From positions 477,563,429-477,627,428 of the forward strand of contig CM109176.1 in the NCBI GenBank assembly GCA_048593225.1: 64,000 nucleotides of DNA. The letters are read 5' to 3'. The stretch comes from Sarcophilus harrisii (Eukaryota). Of the stretch, positions 52,272 through 62,650 are shown piece by piece; position 1 is the stretch's first letter, and every line of letters starts with the position of its first letter. Made by a program: the position numbers and the translations under genes. Below the pieces are notes generated by a model. That model did no database searches. It saw only the letters and a list, made by a program, of their open reading frames with translations, and was not told where the DNA came from.

Positions 52272-53263
52272 TTTTTTTTTTTTTGAATCTTTTTTTTTTT
52301 TAAATTTATAGCCTTTTATTTACATGATATATACATGGGTAATTTTACAGCATTAACAATTGCCAAACCTCTTGTTCCAATTTTTCACCTCTTACCTCCC
52401 CCCCTCCCCTAGATGGCAGGATGACCAGTAGATGTTAAATATATTAAAATATAAATTAGATACACAATAAGTATACCCGACCAAAACGTTATTTTGCTGT
52501 AGAAAAAGAATCAGACTCTGAAATATTGTACAATTAGCTTGTGAAGGAAATCAAAAATGCAGGTGGGCATAAATATAGGGATTGGGAATTCAATGTAATG
52601 GTTTTTAGTCATCTCCCAGAGTTATTTTTCTGGGCATAGCTAGTTCAGTTCATTACTGCTCCATTAGAAATGATTTGGTTGATCTCGTTGCTGAGGATGG
52701 CCTGATCCATCAGAACTGGTCATCATATAGTATTGTTGTTGAAGTATATAATGATCTCCTGGTCCTGCTCATTTCACTCAGCATCAGTTCATGTAAGTCT
52801 CTCCAGGCCTTTTTGAAATTATCCTGTTGGTCATTTCTTACAGAACAGTAATATTCCATAATTTTCATATACCACAATTTATTCAACCATTCTCCAACTG
52901 ATGGACATCCATTCAGTTTCCAGTTTCTAGCCACTACAAAAAGGGCTGCCACAAACATTCGTGCACATACAGGTCCCTTTCCCTTCTTTATAATCTCTTT
53001 GGGATATAATCCCAGTAGTAACACTGCTGGATCAAAGGGTATGCACAGTTTGATAACTTTTTGAGCATAGTTCCAAACTACTCTCCAAAATGGTTGGATT
53101 CGTTCACAACTCCACCAACAATGCATCAATGTCCCAGTTTTCCCGCATCCCCTCCAACAATCATCATTATTTTTTCCTGTCATCTTAGCCAATCTGACAG
53201 GTGTGTAGTGGTATCTTAGAGTTGTCTTAATTTGCATTTCTCTGATTAATAATGACTTGGGAG
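52272..53263 (-). mobile_element. 5'-truncated L1 (3' UTR plus C-terminal ORF2), antisense, with 17-bp TSD
   Basis: TSD TCTCCTTTTCAAATGTT at 52255-52271 and 53264-53280. The 175-aa minus-strand ORF at 52710-53237 (…HCWWSCERIQPFWRVVWNYAQKV…DPAVLLLGLYPKEI…) is the typical L1 ORF2 C-terminus. Poly-T at 52272-52310 is the A-tail. Confidence 0.9.
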
Positions 53264-54539
53264 TCTCCTTTTCAAATGTTGCTGAAGGAAGTCACGTAAT
53301 TTTGCTGCCTGGGTTTGCTGTAAGTCATAGTTATCTAATCCTGGAATAAAGAAGTCTTCCCCTAACTGATTCTCTTTCCCACTCTCCCGAAAGGCTGCCC
53401 CAACCTCTTTTTCAAGCCTCTCAAAGTAACTCTTCCCCATTTGATCAAGGTCCTTGACTCATAATAATAAAAAGGCCATTTGCCATGATCTTTTATAGAG
53501 CAGAAACTCCATTAATTCAAAATCCTTTGATCTTCTTTGCTCTGCCCTTTACTCAAGTTGAAAGGCAGCCTCTTTCCCCACAAAATCAAATCCTTACACG
53601 TAGCCCAAATTCTGTCTAATCCTCTTATCTCTGTCAGACTGTCCCTAAAATAAGTCCTATAATGTATATCATCTTCAATCTCTATTGTTTCTCTCTAATC
53701 TACAAACCTTGTAAAGTTTCTCCATCTTTAAAAAATGTCCACGAGATCCTACCCTCTCAAATTGCTGTTCTAAATCTGTCCTTCCTTTCACAGCTAAATA
53801 CCTAAAAAAGCTGCTGTTATTTCTTGCTTTTCCTTCTCCCTTCTCAACTCTTGGCAATATGGAGTCTGACGTTATTACACACGACTGAAATAATTTTCTA
53901 TAAAATTACTAGTGATTTCTTAATTACCAAATATAATAATTTTTTCTCAATCATCATCATTTTTTAAAAATAATAACTTTTTTTTCTCTAAACATATGCA
54001 TGGATAATTTGACAATATCAACTCTTGCATAGTCTTGTGTTTCAGACTTTCTCCTCTTTCCCCCTGCCCCCTTCCTTAGATGGCAAGCAATTCAATATAT
54101 GTTAAACAAATAATCATCTTCTTAACTTCTCTATAAACTTGACTCTGCTGATTTATTTTTTTTATGGATATTCTCTCCTGTCTTTGTTTTTTAAAAACTG
54201 CTATGATGTAGAAACCATCTCCTTTTCTGGATCATCATCCATTTTCTGCCTTTTAAATGGACATAATGCAACATTTTGTCCGAGATCTGTTTTCATTTCC
54301 CTATATAATCACTTGACTTCATCAACCCCTATGGGATTAATGGTAACATTTCTGCAAATGATTTCCAGGTCTACATATTTATCCCAGTCTCTATCCTTAT
54401 ATACAGTGCCCTGTCATCAACTGACTGTTGAATGTTATGAACTTGCTGTTCCACATGAAATTAAAGTCAGACCCAAAGCACAATTTGGCATCCTCTCCAA
54501 AACTGCCACTTCTGAACTATCCCATTTATGATACCACTA

Positions 54540-54660
54540 TTCTTTTTTTTTTTTTTTTTTGCTGAGACAATTGGGATTAAGTGACTTGCCCAGGGTCACA
54601 CAGCTAGGAAATGTTAAGTGTCTGAGTTCAGGGCTGGTGTTCTAACCACTACACCACCTA
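54540..54660 (-). mobile_element. Marsupial tRNA-derived SINE, reverse orientation
   Basis: (T)20 gctgagacaattgggattaagtgacttgcccagggtcacacagctagg...ggtgttctaaccactacaccacctagcc. Confidence 0.85.
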
Positions 54661-55255
54661 GCCTTTTGATGTTCTCCTTGATTCTTCAAATATCCAACAT
54701 GTCCTACTTATGTAGTCAGTCATTCATTATATTTGCCATTTCTACTTGTTTGAAATTTTATTTGTTCCCCTCTTTTTACTCATGCAGCAGCCTCCCTAGT
54801 TCTGATCGTCATTATTTTGACATTTGGCTATTACACTATTCTTTTTATCATTCAGGTTTGCAAGTTTGGGAAGAGAAGCAATATAAACTGATAGAACAAG
54901 TTGGGAAGGCCCTTCAAAAGAAGGGGAATCACTGAAATTTTCTGGGTAGAGAAGTAATTTGATCAAACATGGGTTTTTACACATATTACCTTGGCGGCAT
55001 TGTGAAGAACCAATGGGAACAGAAAGAAACTAGCAGCAGGGAAAGGCAATCAGGAGACTGCCACAATAGCCAAATGTCAAAATAATAAGGACCAGAACTA
55101 GGGAGGTTGCTGCATGAGTAAAAAGAGGGGAACAAATAAAATTTCGAACAAGTAGAAATGGCAAATATGATGAATGACTGACTACATAAGTAGGCCATGT
55201 TGGATATTTGAAGAATCAAGGAGAACATCAAAAGGCTATCTTGGGGAAAGTAATT
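54661..55255. repeat. Large inverted duplication: arms ~54661-54845 and ~55060-55250 (about 90% identical in reverse complement) separated by a ~215-bp spacer
   Basis: The ORF track shows mirror peptides (54618-54935(+) and 54986-55294(-) both contain LLMFSLILQISNM.YLCSQSFIIFAISTC.KFYLFPSFYSCS). Direct comparison confirms reverse-complement identity of the arms. Confidence 0.8.
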
Positions 55256-55625
55256 AAATATGTTCAGATTGTCCCTAGAAGAAACTAGGAACAATGGTGG
55301 AAGTTGCCAAGAGGGAAATTTAGGTTTGAGATAAATTTTTTTAAATTAATAATTGAAGTATTTTAAAGTGGAATGAATTGTCACAGAGCAAAGTAGGTTC
55401 CACTCTACTGGAAGTATTCAAAAGCAAAGGCTGTCTTACCACATTTGTCAGATCTATGTTATAAAGGGATTTTTTTCCAACTATGAGTTCCATTTCAGGA
55501 TCATCACCTGAAATATCCTTCCAACTATGAAATTTTGTAAAACATAGTTTACTTATTTTAGTTAATATTTATGATTCTGATTTAATTTTGGGATTTCTTT
55601 ATTTAAAAGAAAGTAGCTTGCTTAC

Positions 55626-55751
55626 CTCTTTCAGTATTTCCTCAGAACCTTCAAATGTACAATGTTTATGGTGTGCCATAAAGTAAGAAAGTGACATTCC
55701 ATCAAAATAAAGATGAACAGACAATTTTCCCCATGGATTTTTGGGTAATTC
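55626..55751 (-). CDS. RNF17: RNF17 coding exon; [42 protein letters not shown]
   Basis: Acceptor cttaatag|GAA and donor AAAGAG|GTAAGC. 42 codons, phase 0. Matches recalled human [42 protein letters not shown]. Confidence 0.85.
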
Positions 55752-56487
55752 CTATTAAGTACAATTAAGAAGTAGTTAAATTTCAAAACGGTATTGATTT
55801 AACTTGAAAATTGAGTGTCTATGTTCATTCCACAAAACTACAATTATGCTCCCTAAAAAACAATATGGTTTTGTAAGTCAGAGCACTAAATCACAAGTTT
55901 TTTCCAAAGTATTTTTCTTTACTTATAAAGAGCTATAATGTGTTGTACTATGTGATAATGACAGCTATCATTCATCTAAAAATTAAAAGTAAATAAAATG
56001 CTTTCTTCACAGTAATTCCATGAAACATGTAGTGAGGCATTTTTATCCTCTGTCAAGATGTATACAGAAATGACTTGCTCAGGATCACATCACTATTAAA
56101 TGACAGAGTGAAATTTTCTCATCCTAGTTCCAGAATTGTTTTAATCACACAATGTCTAAAAATGGCATATTTGAGTCTGGAACTCAAAATCCAATTAAGA
56201 AAAGAATACTAAAAATAAATAAGTTAAGGGAAAAAAAAAAAACTATCTGTACACACCTTTGTTAGTAGTCATCTAAAACAACGATGTACTAGACCTCATT
56301 TAGGTTGTAGCTGTCCATTCTGCTAAACACTTCAAGTCTAGAGCATCACTCCTTTCTCTTCCCCCACAAAATGTTCCTAGAGAACTGACGGCTAAGTTGA
56401 TTTTCCAAAGCATTGTTCTGAATACCATTTCCCTATTCAAAAATGGTGCAATGGTTCCCTAAAATCCTTTCTCTGAAAAATTTCCAG

Positions 56488-56520
56488 TTCTACCGCATCT
56501 GTCTGCCAAGAGTTTCCAAT
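56488..56520 (-). pseudogene. Partial duplicate (decoy/pseudo-exon) of the RNF17 exon at 57536-57616. It shares the acceptor and the first 33 nt (IGNSWQTDAVE), then diverges and reaches an in-frame TGA after 27 codons with no usable donor
   Basis: Direct repeat: + strand ~56484-56715 versus ~57580-57815, about 93% identical and including the ttatcccaattag acceptor. Copy 1 on the minus strand reads IGNSWQTDAVELEIFQRKDFREPLHHF*. Confidence 0.6.
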
Positions 56521-57535
56521 CTAATTGGGATAAAAATGTTATCTTCCATGAACAAAAAAGAAAACAGAACAAGAAACTGTCTGATATACAAAAGCCAGAG
56601 AATCATAATGAAATTATGTTCAAAATAAAGTTCCAAAAACCTCACAAAGGTAAATATTATTGCATTTTGGTTTGCACCTATGACCCCACTGTTGTAATGA
56701 ATCCTACAACTTACTATTTACATGTTACCATATTATTATTTCCTAAAATCCAATTCTTGCTCCCACTAAATTCCTTTCATTATTTCTCTACAGAAATATT
56801 CCTTTTTGCCAAATTATATACTGTTTCCAAAACAAGGTTCAGTGAAAATCATATTGTTGTTTCAAGGCAAATAAACTTTTCTACTTTTCCCTCGACATTT
56901 TCTTGTGATGTCCAGGCCTGAAGTCTAAATCTAGAATCACTACTCATTCACAACTCACATCTGCTACTCTCAACTGTTTTTGGTCTTTGCATATACAAGG
57001 CTGTCTCTTTGGAGAAATAAGCCTTTTTTTTTTTTTTTTAAAAAGAACTCTGAAGGTTGCCCCATAGATAGCAACACTCTCATACTGCATGAATGTTTCT
57101 TCTTTTAGTTGAATATGTCTCTTAAAAGCAAAGGATCATGGTCAGAGTTTTAAAGCTGAAAGAACCTTAAAAGTCAGCTAGTCTAACCCTCTTATTTTAA
57201 AGAGAAGGATATTAAAACTCAGAAGGATCAAAAGACTTGCCCAAGATCACAATGGTATTAAATGTGTCTCAGATTTCTAAACAAACTCCTTTAAATCTAA
57301 ATCCCATATTATTTCTGCTCCAGCTTCCTTTGACCAGGCTTAATATTGCTGCATACCACACAAAGTAAAATTAAGTTAAAATTTAGTTACTGAAAACTAA
57401 AATGAAGCTTATAAATATTCTGTGTGCCCTTTAAAAAATTTAGATTTAGATATTAGTTATTCTCTCAAATTAATATTTTTAAGGAATTCTTATGACATAT
57501 CAATACAAATAACTGCTTAAACATTAATGAGTTAC

Positions 57536-57616
57536 CATGTTATGAATTTCTACTTCTCTTTTTGGTAGTAGTTCTTGAAGAAGTTCTACTGCATCTGACT
57601 GCCAAGAGTTTCCAAT
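57536..57616 (-). CDS. RNF17: RNF17 coding exon; [27 protein letters not shown]
   Basis: Acceptor ttatcccaattag|ATT and donor AACATG|GTAACT. 27 codons, phase 0 at both ends. Parallels human [27 protein letters not shown]. Confidence 0.8.
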
Positions 57617-58542
57617 CTAATTGGGATAAAAATATTATCTTCCGTGAACAAAAAAGAAAACAGAAGAAACTGTCTGATATAGAAAAGCCAGAGAATCATA
57701 ATAAAATTATGTTCAAAATAAAGTTCCAAAAACCTCACAAAGGTAAATATTATTGCATTTTGGTTTACATCTGCGATTCCACTGTTGTAATGAATACTAC
57801 AATTTGTTCACAATATATGGTTTTAGAGAGTTGCCCAGGGTCACATACCTACTATGGACAGGGGTGGGATTTCAACTTAGGTTTTCCCGACTCCCATTTT
57901 TTAAAAAAACCTTTGAATCCAGTATTTTATCTATCATACCATAATGCTTCTCTTTTATATTTAAGTTGCAAAGTTCTTCTGTCTGAAATAATCTAAGGTG
58001 ATTTTATTAACTCCTACCTAACACTTTTATGAAACAGATTCTCCTAAAATTGGTCAATTGTATAACAGAAATAATAAGAAACATGTTCAAGCAAATACAA
58101 TTCTATTACGCTGAAACGCAAAAAGGAAAAAAGCACATTAGCAAGCTTAAAACTTCTTCACTTTTTTAACGCCCCCCCCCCAAAATACTTATTCCATGTA
58201 TAATCAAACCCTACACTTAACACTATCAGAAGGATCTTAGCTTCCCTTAAATTAAAACGTGTGCACATGCGCGTGCATGCACACACACGTGGGACATTTT
58301 CCAGGCACAAAAACACAGAATACCAAAAATAAAACAAATCAAAATATAAAATATGAATTCTAGGATTGTTTTTAGTATATTTATTAGTATACTAAAAGTT
58401 AGTATACTTGTTTGTACTATTGAGCATAAGTACTCCTTAGTCCTGGATTATCCTACGTCTTAAACACCGAGTATTGGAGCAATCATAATGGGAAGAATAT
58501 TTAGATTATTACATTTATGATACAACAAATCAATTTACTTAC

Positions 58543-58662
58543 AGGTACAGTATTATATAGCTGACAAGGAATACAAAACTGGGGTCTATCGGCATATAAT
58601 ACAATTGGATAAAGATGACACTGTGGGATCTTCTCAGTATATCCATGGTCTAAATATTGTAC
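58543..58662 (-). CDS. RNF17: RNF17 coding exon (Tudor core continuation); [40 protein letters not shown]
   Basis: Acceptor tttattttatgcag|GTA and perfect donor CCT|GTAAGT. Phase 0 at both ends. Tudor motif F.DYG..E.V....L, parallel to human [40 protein letters not shown]. Confidence 0.85.
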
Positions 58663-59439
58663 CTGCATAAAATAAACTGTATTACAGAATTACTGGTAGA
58701 GGAGTGATTTTTTTATTCCTCAGTGTTCACTAAGAATTATAGCAATCAGCTATATTTGATTTGAAAGAATTTCCAGGAAAAAATAGCCCAACTTTCTCAC
58801 TGTCATGAAAAGGCTATAAATCCATATAAATAACTATGCAAGACAATTGTTGCTTGGCTTTTTATTACTCTATTTGAAATTTCCAAGGAACGGGAGTGGG
58901 GGGGTGGGTCATAACTTCTTTTGTAAAGTATGTCGCCACAAAGTGCTAAACTAAGAACTCTGTGACAATAGAATAGTTACTAAAAATATATTTGTGAAAT
59001 GCTTTAAAGTTAAAGTGACATGATATAGTTTAATAAACACTAAATCGGAAGCCTGGAGTCCTAGGCCCCAGTTTGACACTGATCTGCTGTCTGTCATCAT
59101 GTTACATTTTCTCAGCGGTAAACTGAGGGAGTTAGTATTCATTTTAAGTTTTTTCTACCTCAAAATTTTAATTTTAAATACTTTTGGGGAGATTTCTACC
59201 TCTTGATAATCTCAAAATTAACAAAATCTCATTACATATTATAGGCTCTGTCCAAAGATCGCAAAAGCAAAAAATGAAAATCACCTTCTTCCACTTAATC
59301 TCAACTGAAGGAAAAAAAAAAGATTCACTGTCTAAAAGTATTAATTATTTGAATAAATTAAACTGAATTTAAACATTTGAGTGAGAAAACAAAGTACTTT
59401 AGTTCTAATTACTTTTGTCTCAACTAATATAAAATTTGA

Positions 59440-59830
59440 GAAACAAAATGGCAAAGCAGAGAGAGCTGGGCTTAAGCAGGAAGCCTGGGTTCAAGTCTAG
59501 CCTGTGACACATACAGGATGTATGACCATGAACATGTTCCGTAACATCTCAGTGGTCTAGGCAACTCTCTTAAGATAGATGTGACTGGATAGAGAGCTAG
59601 ATTTAGAATCAGGGAGCCCTGAGTTCAAATTCAGCCTTAACATTTAATAGCTGTATGATCATAAGCAAGTTGCTTAACTTCTGCTTGTCCGAGTTTCCCC
59701 ATCTGTAACATGGGGATAACAGCACCTACCTACCAAGTTTATTGTGAGGATTGAATGGGATGGACTTAACACAGTGCCTAGTACCTAATGGATATTTATT
59801 GAATCAGAGTTCCCTATTCTTTACCCTTAT
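59440..59830 (+). mobile_element. One or two MIR/THER-type SINE copies
   Basis: …gttgcttaacttctgcttgtccgagtttccccatctgtaacatggggataacagcacctacctaccaagtttattgtgaggattgaatgggatggacttaacacagtgcctagtacctaatggatatttattgaat. Confidence 0.7.
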
Positions 59831-60534
59831 ACTTGTAGAGAAAATACTTGAAGGTACACTGCCATGATGGGGGAAACTTCCTCATTCTAACAGAATCAGG
59901 CCTAGTCCCCATCTCTATCACTAAAATAAAATTCATAATAATTTAATAAAAACTTTAACCGACAGGATTTTAACTCATCTTTGTACTATCTATAAAGATC
60001 TTTAAACACTGCAATAATGTATATGAAAATTATTCCGTTTGTAGATTTGTGTATTTTTTCTGTAAAGCCCTGACAAACTAAAAAATGAAAACAAAACCAA
60101 AACCCCACTTATGAGCCAGTTAAAATACACTGTATTTACTGGCTCAGACTTCAGACAAATGAATGCCCCAAGAAGGAATTAGTTTTAATACTTTTATTCA
60201 TTTCAACCCACTCAAAGCTAAATTCTAAGGGATTGCCTATCTAGTGTGTTTAAACAATGTAAATAATTTCATATTTATACTATGGATAGAACTTTGCTCC
60301 AAGTCATGGAAATAAAGTTTGACTGGCTCTAGGATTAATGAAAAGTTAAAATCATGGGAAAAAAGAAAAGTCCTTTTAAATATAAAGAGTCATCAACTAA
60401 GATTGACTTTCCCATAGTTTATATGCTCAGGAAATTATCTAGTTAAAAAAATATTCTCAAAAGATATTATACAATTTGTCCTTAGGAATGATTGAGTTTA
60501 ACTCTATATGTAGCTAAAGAATAATCAAACTTAC

Positions 60535-60698
60535 CCTGATAGTTCCACCAACAACTTCCATAACTTTACCTCGATACCACACAGTATCTGATCCTCTAAT
60601 TGCACAAGCTTCTCCTTTTTTCCAGCAATATGGCTCCAAAAGACCAAGACACTTAAAATTACTTTGAATTTCATCCATCAATTTTCTAAGTTCAAGTT
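60535..60698 (-). CDS. RNF17: RNF17/TDRD4 coding exon (start of an extended Tudor domain); (x)[54 protein letters not shown]
   Basis: On the minus strand: acceptor ttatgcattcccttag|AA and donor ATCAGG|GTAAGT. The Tudor signature G.AC.A...D..WYR..V is present. Matches the recalled human RNF17 segment ...[40 protein letters not shown]. Confidence 0.8.
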
Positions 60699-61963
60699 CT
60701 AAGGGAATGCATAAAACATAAACCTTAGGAAAATTATTTCACTCTTAATTTTTAAAGCAAATAAAATCATTATTTCCTATTAATTTTATATTAAAATGCC
60801 ATGAAACAGTAACTACACTTTAAAAATCAGTTCTTATACCCTTGGATTTATATTCAATTTGTTCAAACTCTACTAAAGTAGTTTAAATAGGAGCCTTTAT
60901 TATCTATATGCTTATTATATATTTAGAAAACATAATATCAGGTTATATTCAAGTGTTCTGAGGATTTCTCAATCCTATATATCATGATTAAGCACTACTA
61001 AATGCACATAAATATTAGAGTAGTTCAATCTAATGTTGGATCAAGAGTAGCTGAATAAAATATAAGATACACTGCATTTTGTATGAAGGTAAAATGCAGC
61101 ACAATCTTGGGAAAACAGGCATTTAGCAAAATCTTGTTAGATTCAACCAAGTTAACCAAAATTATCCCAAATAGTATTTTCATAATAAACATAAAGTAAC
61201 AATAATGTAATAAAAACCAGTATGGGTAGCTGACAGATGATTTAGCTTTGAAACTAGAATGACATTATCAGTTGGTATCATTATAATTTATCCCCTACAG
61301 AAATCCTATTTTTATATCTCACTACAGCCTGATTGCAACCCCAGATACTTAGGTATGTGTGTAGAGAATAAATTCAGGTAGGGGAAATCTTTTGCAAAAT
61401 GAGAGGACAATCTAAGTATAAGAAATGTTCATCACTAGAAGTTTGGTCATGAGATAAAAAAAAATTATTTAGTCATGTAAACATCAAAAATTTAAAAAAA
61501 ATCAAAAATTAAAAAAATAAAAATAAAAATGACTTCTAAACTTTTGTGGTCTGCTTCTGATTGTTAGCAATTATGGCAGATTATTAGGCATTGGAACATG
61601 CTAAGACAAACAATTTTTAGATAGAATAGAAACACATTTTAACTCTCAACAAAGATCTTTGTCCAACGATTAAGAAGCAGATATACTATTGGAGGAAGTG
61701 AATCATATTAATACTCATATTCTTGTTATAAATGACAAAAAAAAGCCCACAAAATATTTTTTAGCTAAATATTATAAAAATTATCTTCCAGGAGGTTTGA
61801 ATAAAAAAGTTAGTGAAATTTCAGTTGATGTCTAAAGATGAAAGGTGTTTCACAGTACTCTTGTCATATTGCCCTGAAGTGCTCATCATAAGCAAAAACA
61901 AAAATAAATACCACTGAAGATACCTGCAGCTTACAGGGCAATATTTTTACACAGTGAAGCAGG

Positions 61964-62650
61964 TTGTGGTCCCTTTAAGAAACTGTATTTCCTATTGGTC
62001 TGTGATTCCTTTCAGATTCCTGCCCTTTCTGGCTGAGGCATATCCTCCCCAGACAAGTTGTCTTTCCGGGATGCCAAAGCCTTTGATTCAATTACAAATC
62101 CTGGTCAAAAAGCATCCCTTTGAATTCCAATAAGAGATTTGGGGTGTTCCAGCCCCCACTGGATCTGAGCCAACTTGGGCTGTCTCAGCCCTGAATGGTT
62201 CTGAGCTGCTGGGACTGTCCCAGACCCCACTAGGACACTCAGTATAAAAGAGCCAAACTAAAACCCTCTCTTTGCAGAGGTTCCAAACATGCCAGGTATG
62301 CCATGCTTAGTATGCCAAGGGAGCCTCTGTCCACTGGAATATTCTTTTCCAGTGTCACCCTCTCTTTGCCCTCACCTATTTCCCTAACCAGACTTTATAA
62401 GCCTCTCTGACAGGATTTCTAACCTTCCCTATAATAAAACCTCTTATTAGTCTAGATTTCTGAGTTTGTAAATTTCTTTAATGAGAACATCTGCACCACC
62501 AGAAGGGAATCCCCAAAACTCCCTACTCTTGTGCCGAATCCCAAGGGGTGCGGGGGAACCAAACCTCTCCATTTGGTTTCCTGAACCTTGAACCTGCTAC
62601 TGATCTTTTCATTTAACTCCCTGACCACCAGAAACCCTAATCTCATTTTG
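61964..62650 (+). mobile_element. Putative solo LTR of an endogenous retrovirus
   Basis: Begins TGTGG.... Internal TATA box (agtataaaagagcc ~62243) followed about 190 bp later by aataaaacctcttattag (polyA signal ~62434) and a GT/T-rich tract. A U3-R-U5-like layout. No adjacent PBS or gag sequence, hence a solo LTR. Confidence 0.4.

Noticed and set aside
54618-55294. Mirror-image ORFs 54618-54935(+) and 54986-55294(-) that might be a duplicated gene pair
   Set aside because: The matching peptides arise simply because the DNA arms are reverse complements of each other (an inverted repeat). The sequence is low-complexity with no domain signature.
56443-57996. Plus-strand ORFs 56443-56628, 56616-56921 and 57562-57996 (…KIMFKIKFQKPHKGKYYCILV…) with a donor-like CACAAAG|GTAAAT, possibly a duplicated + strand exon of another gene
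   Set aside because: The duplication is explained by the RNF17 partial-exon/intron duplication on the opposite strand. The peptides are low-complexity with no recognisable domain, and the frames contain stops just outside the ORF. No upstream exon or promoter is evident.
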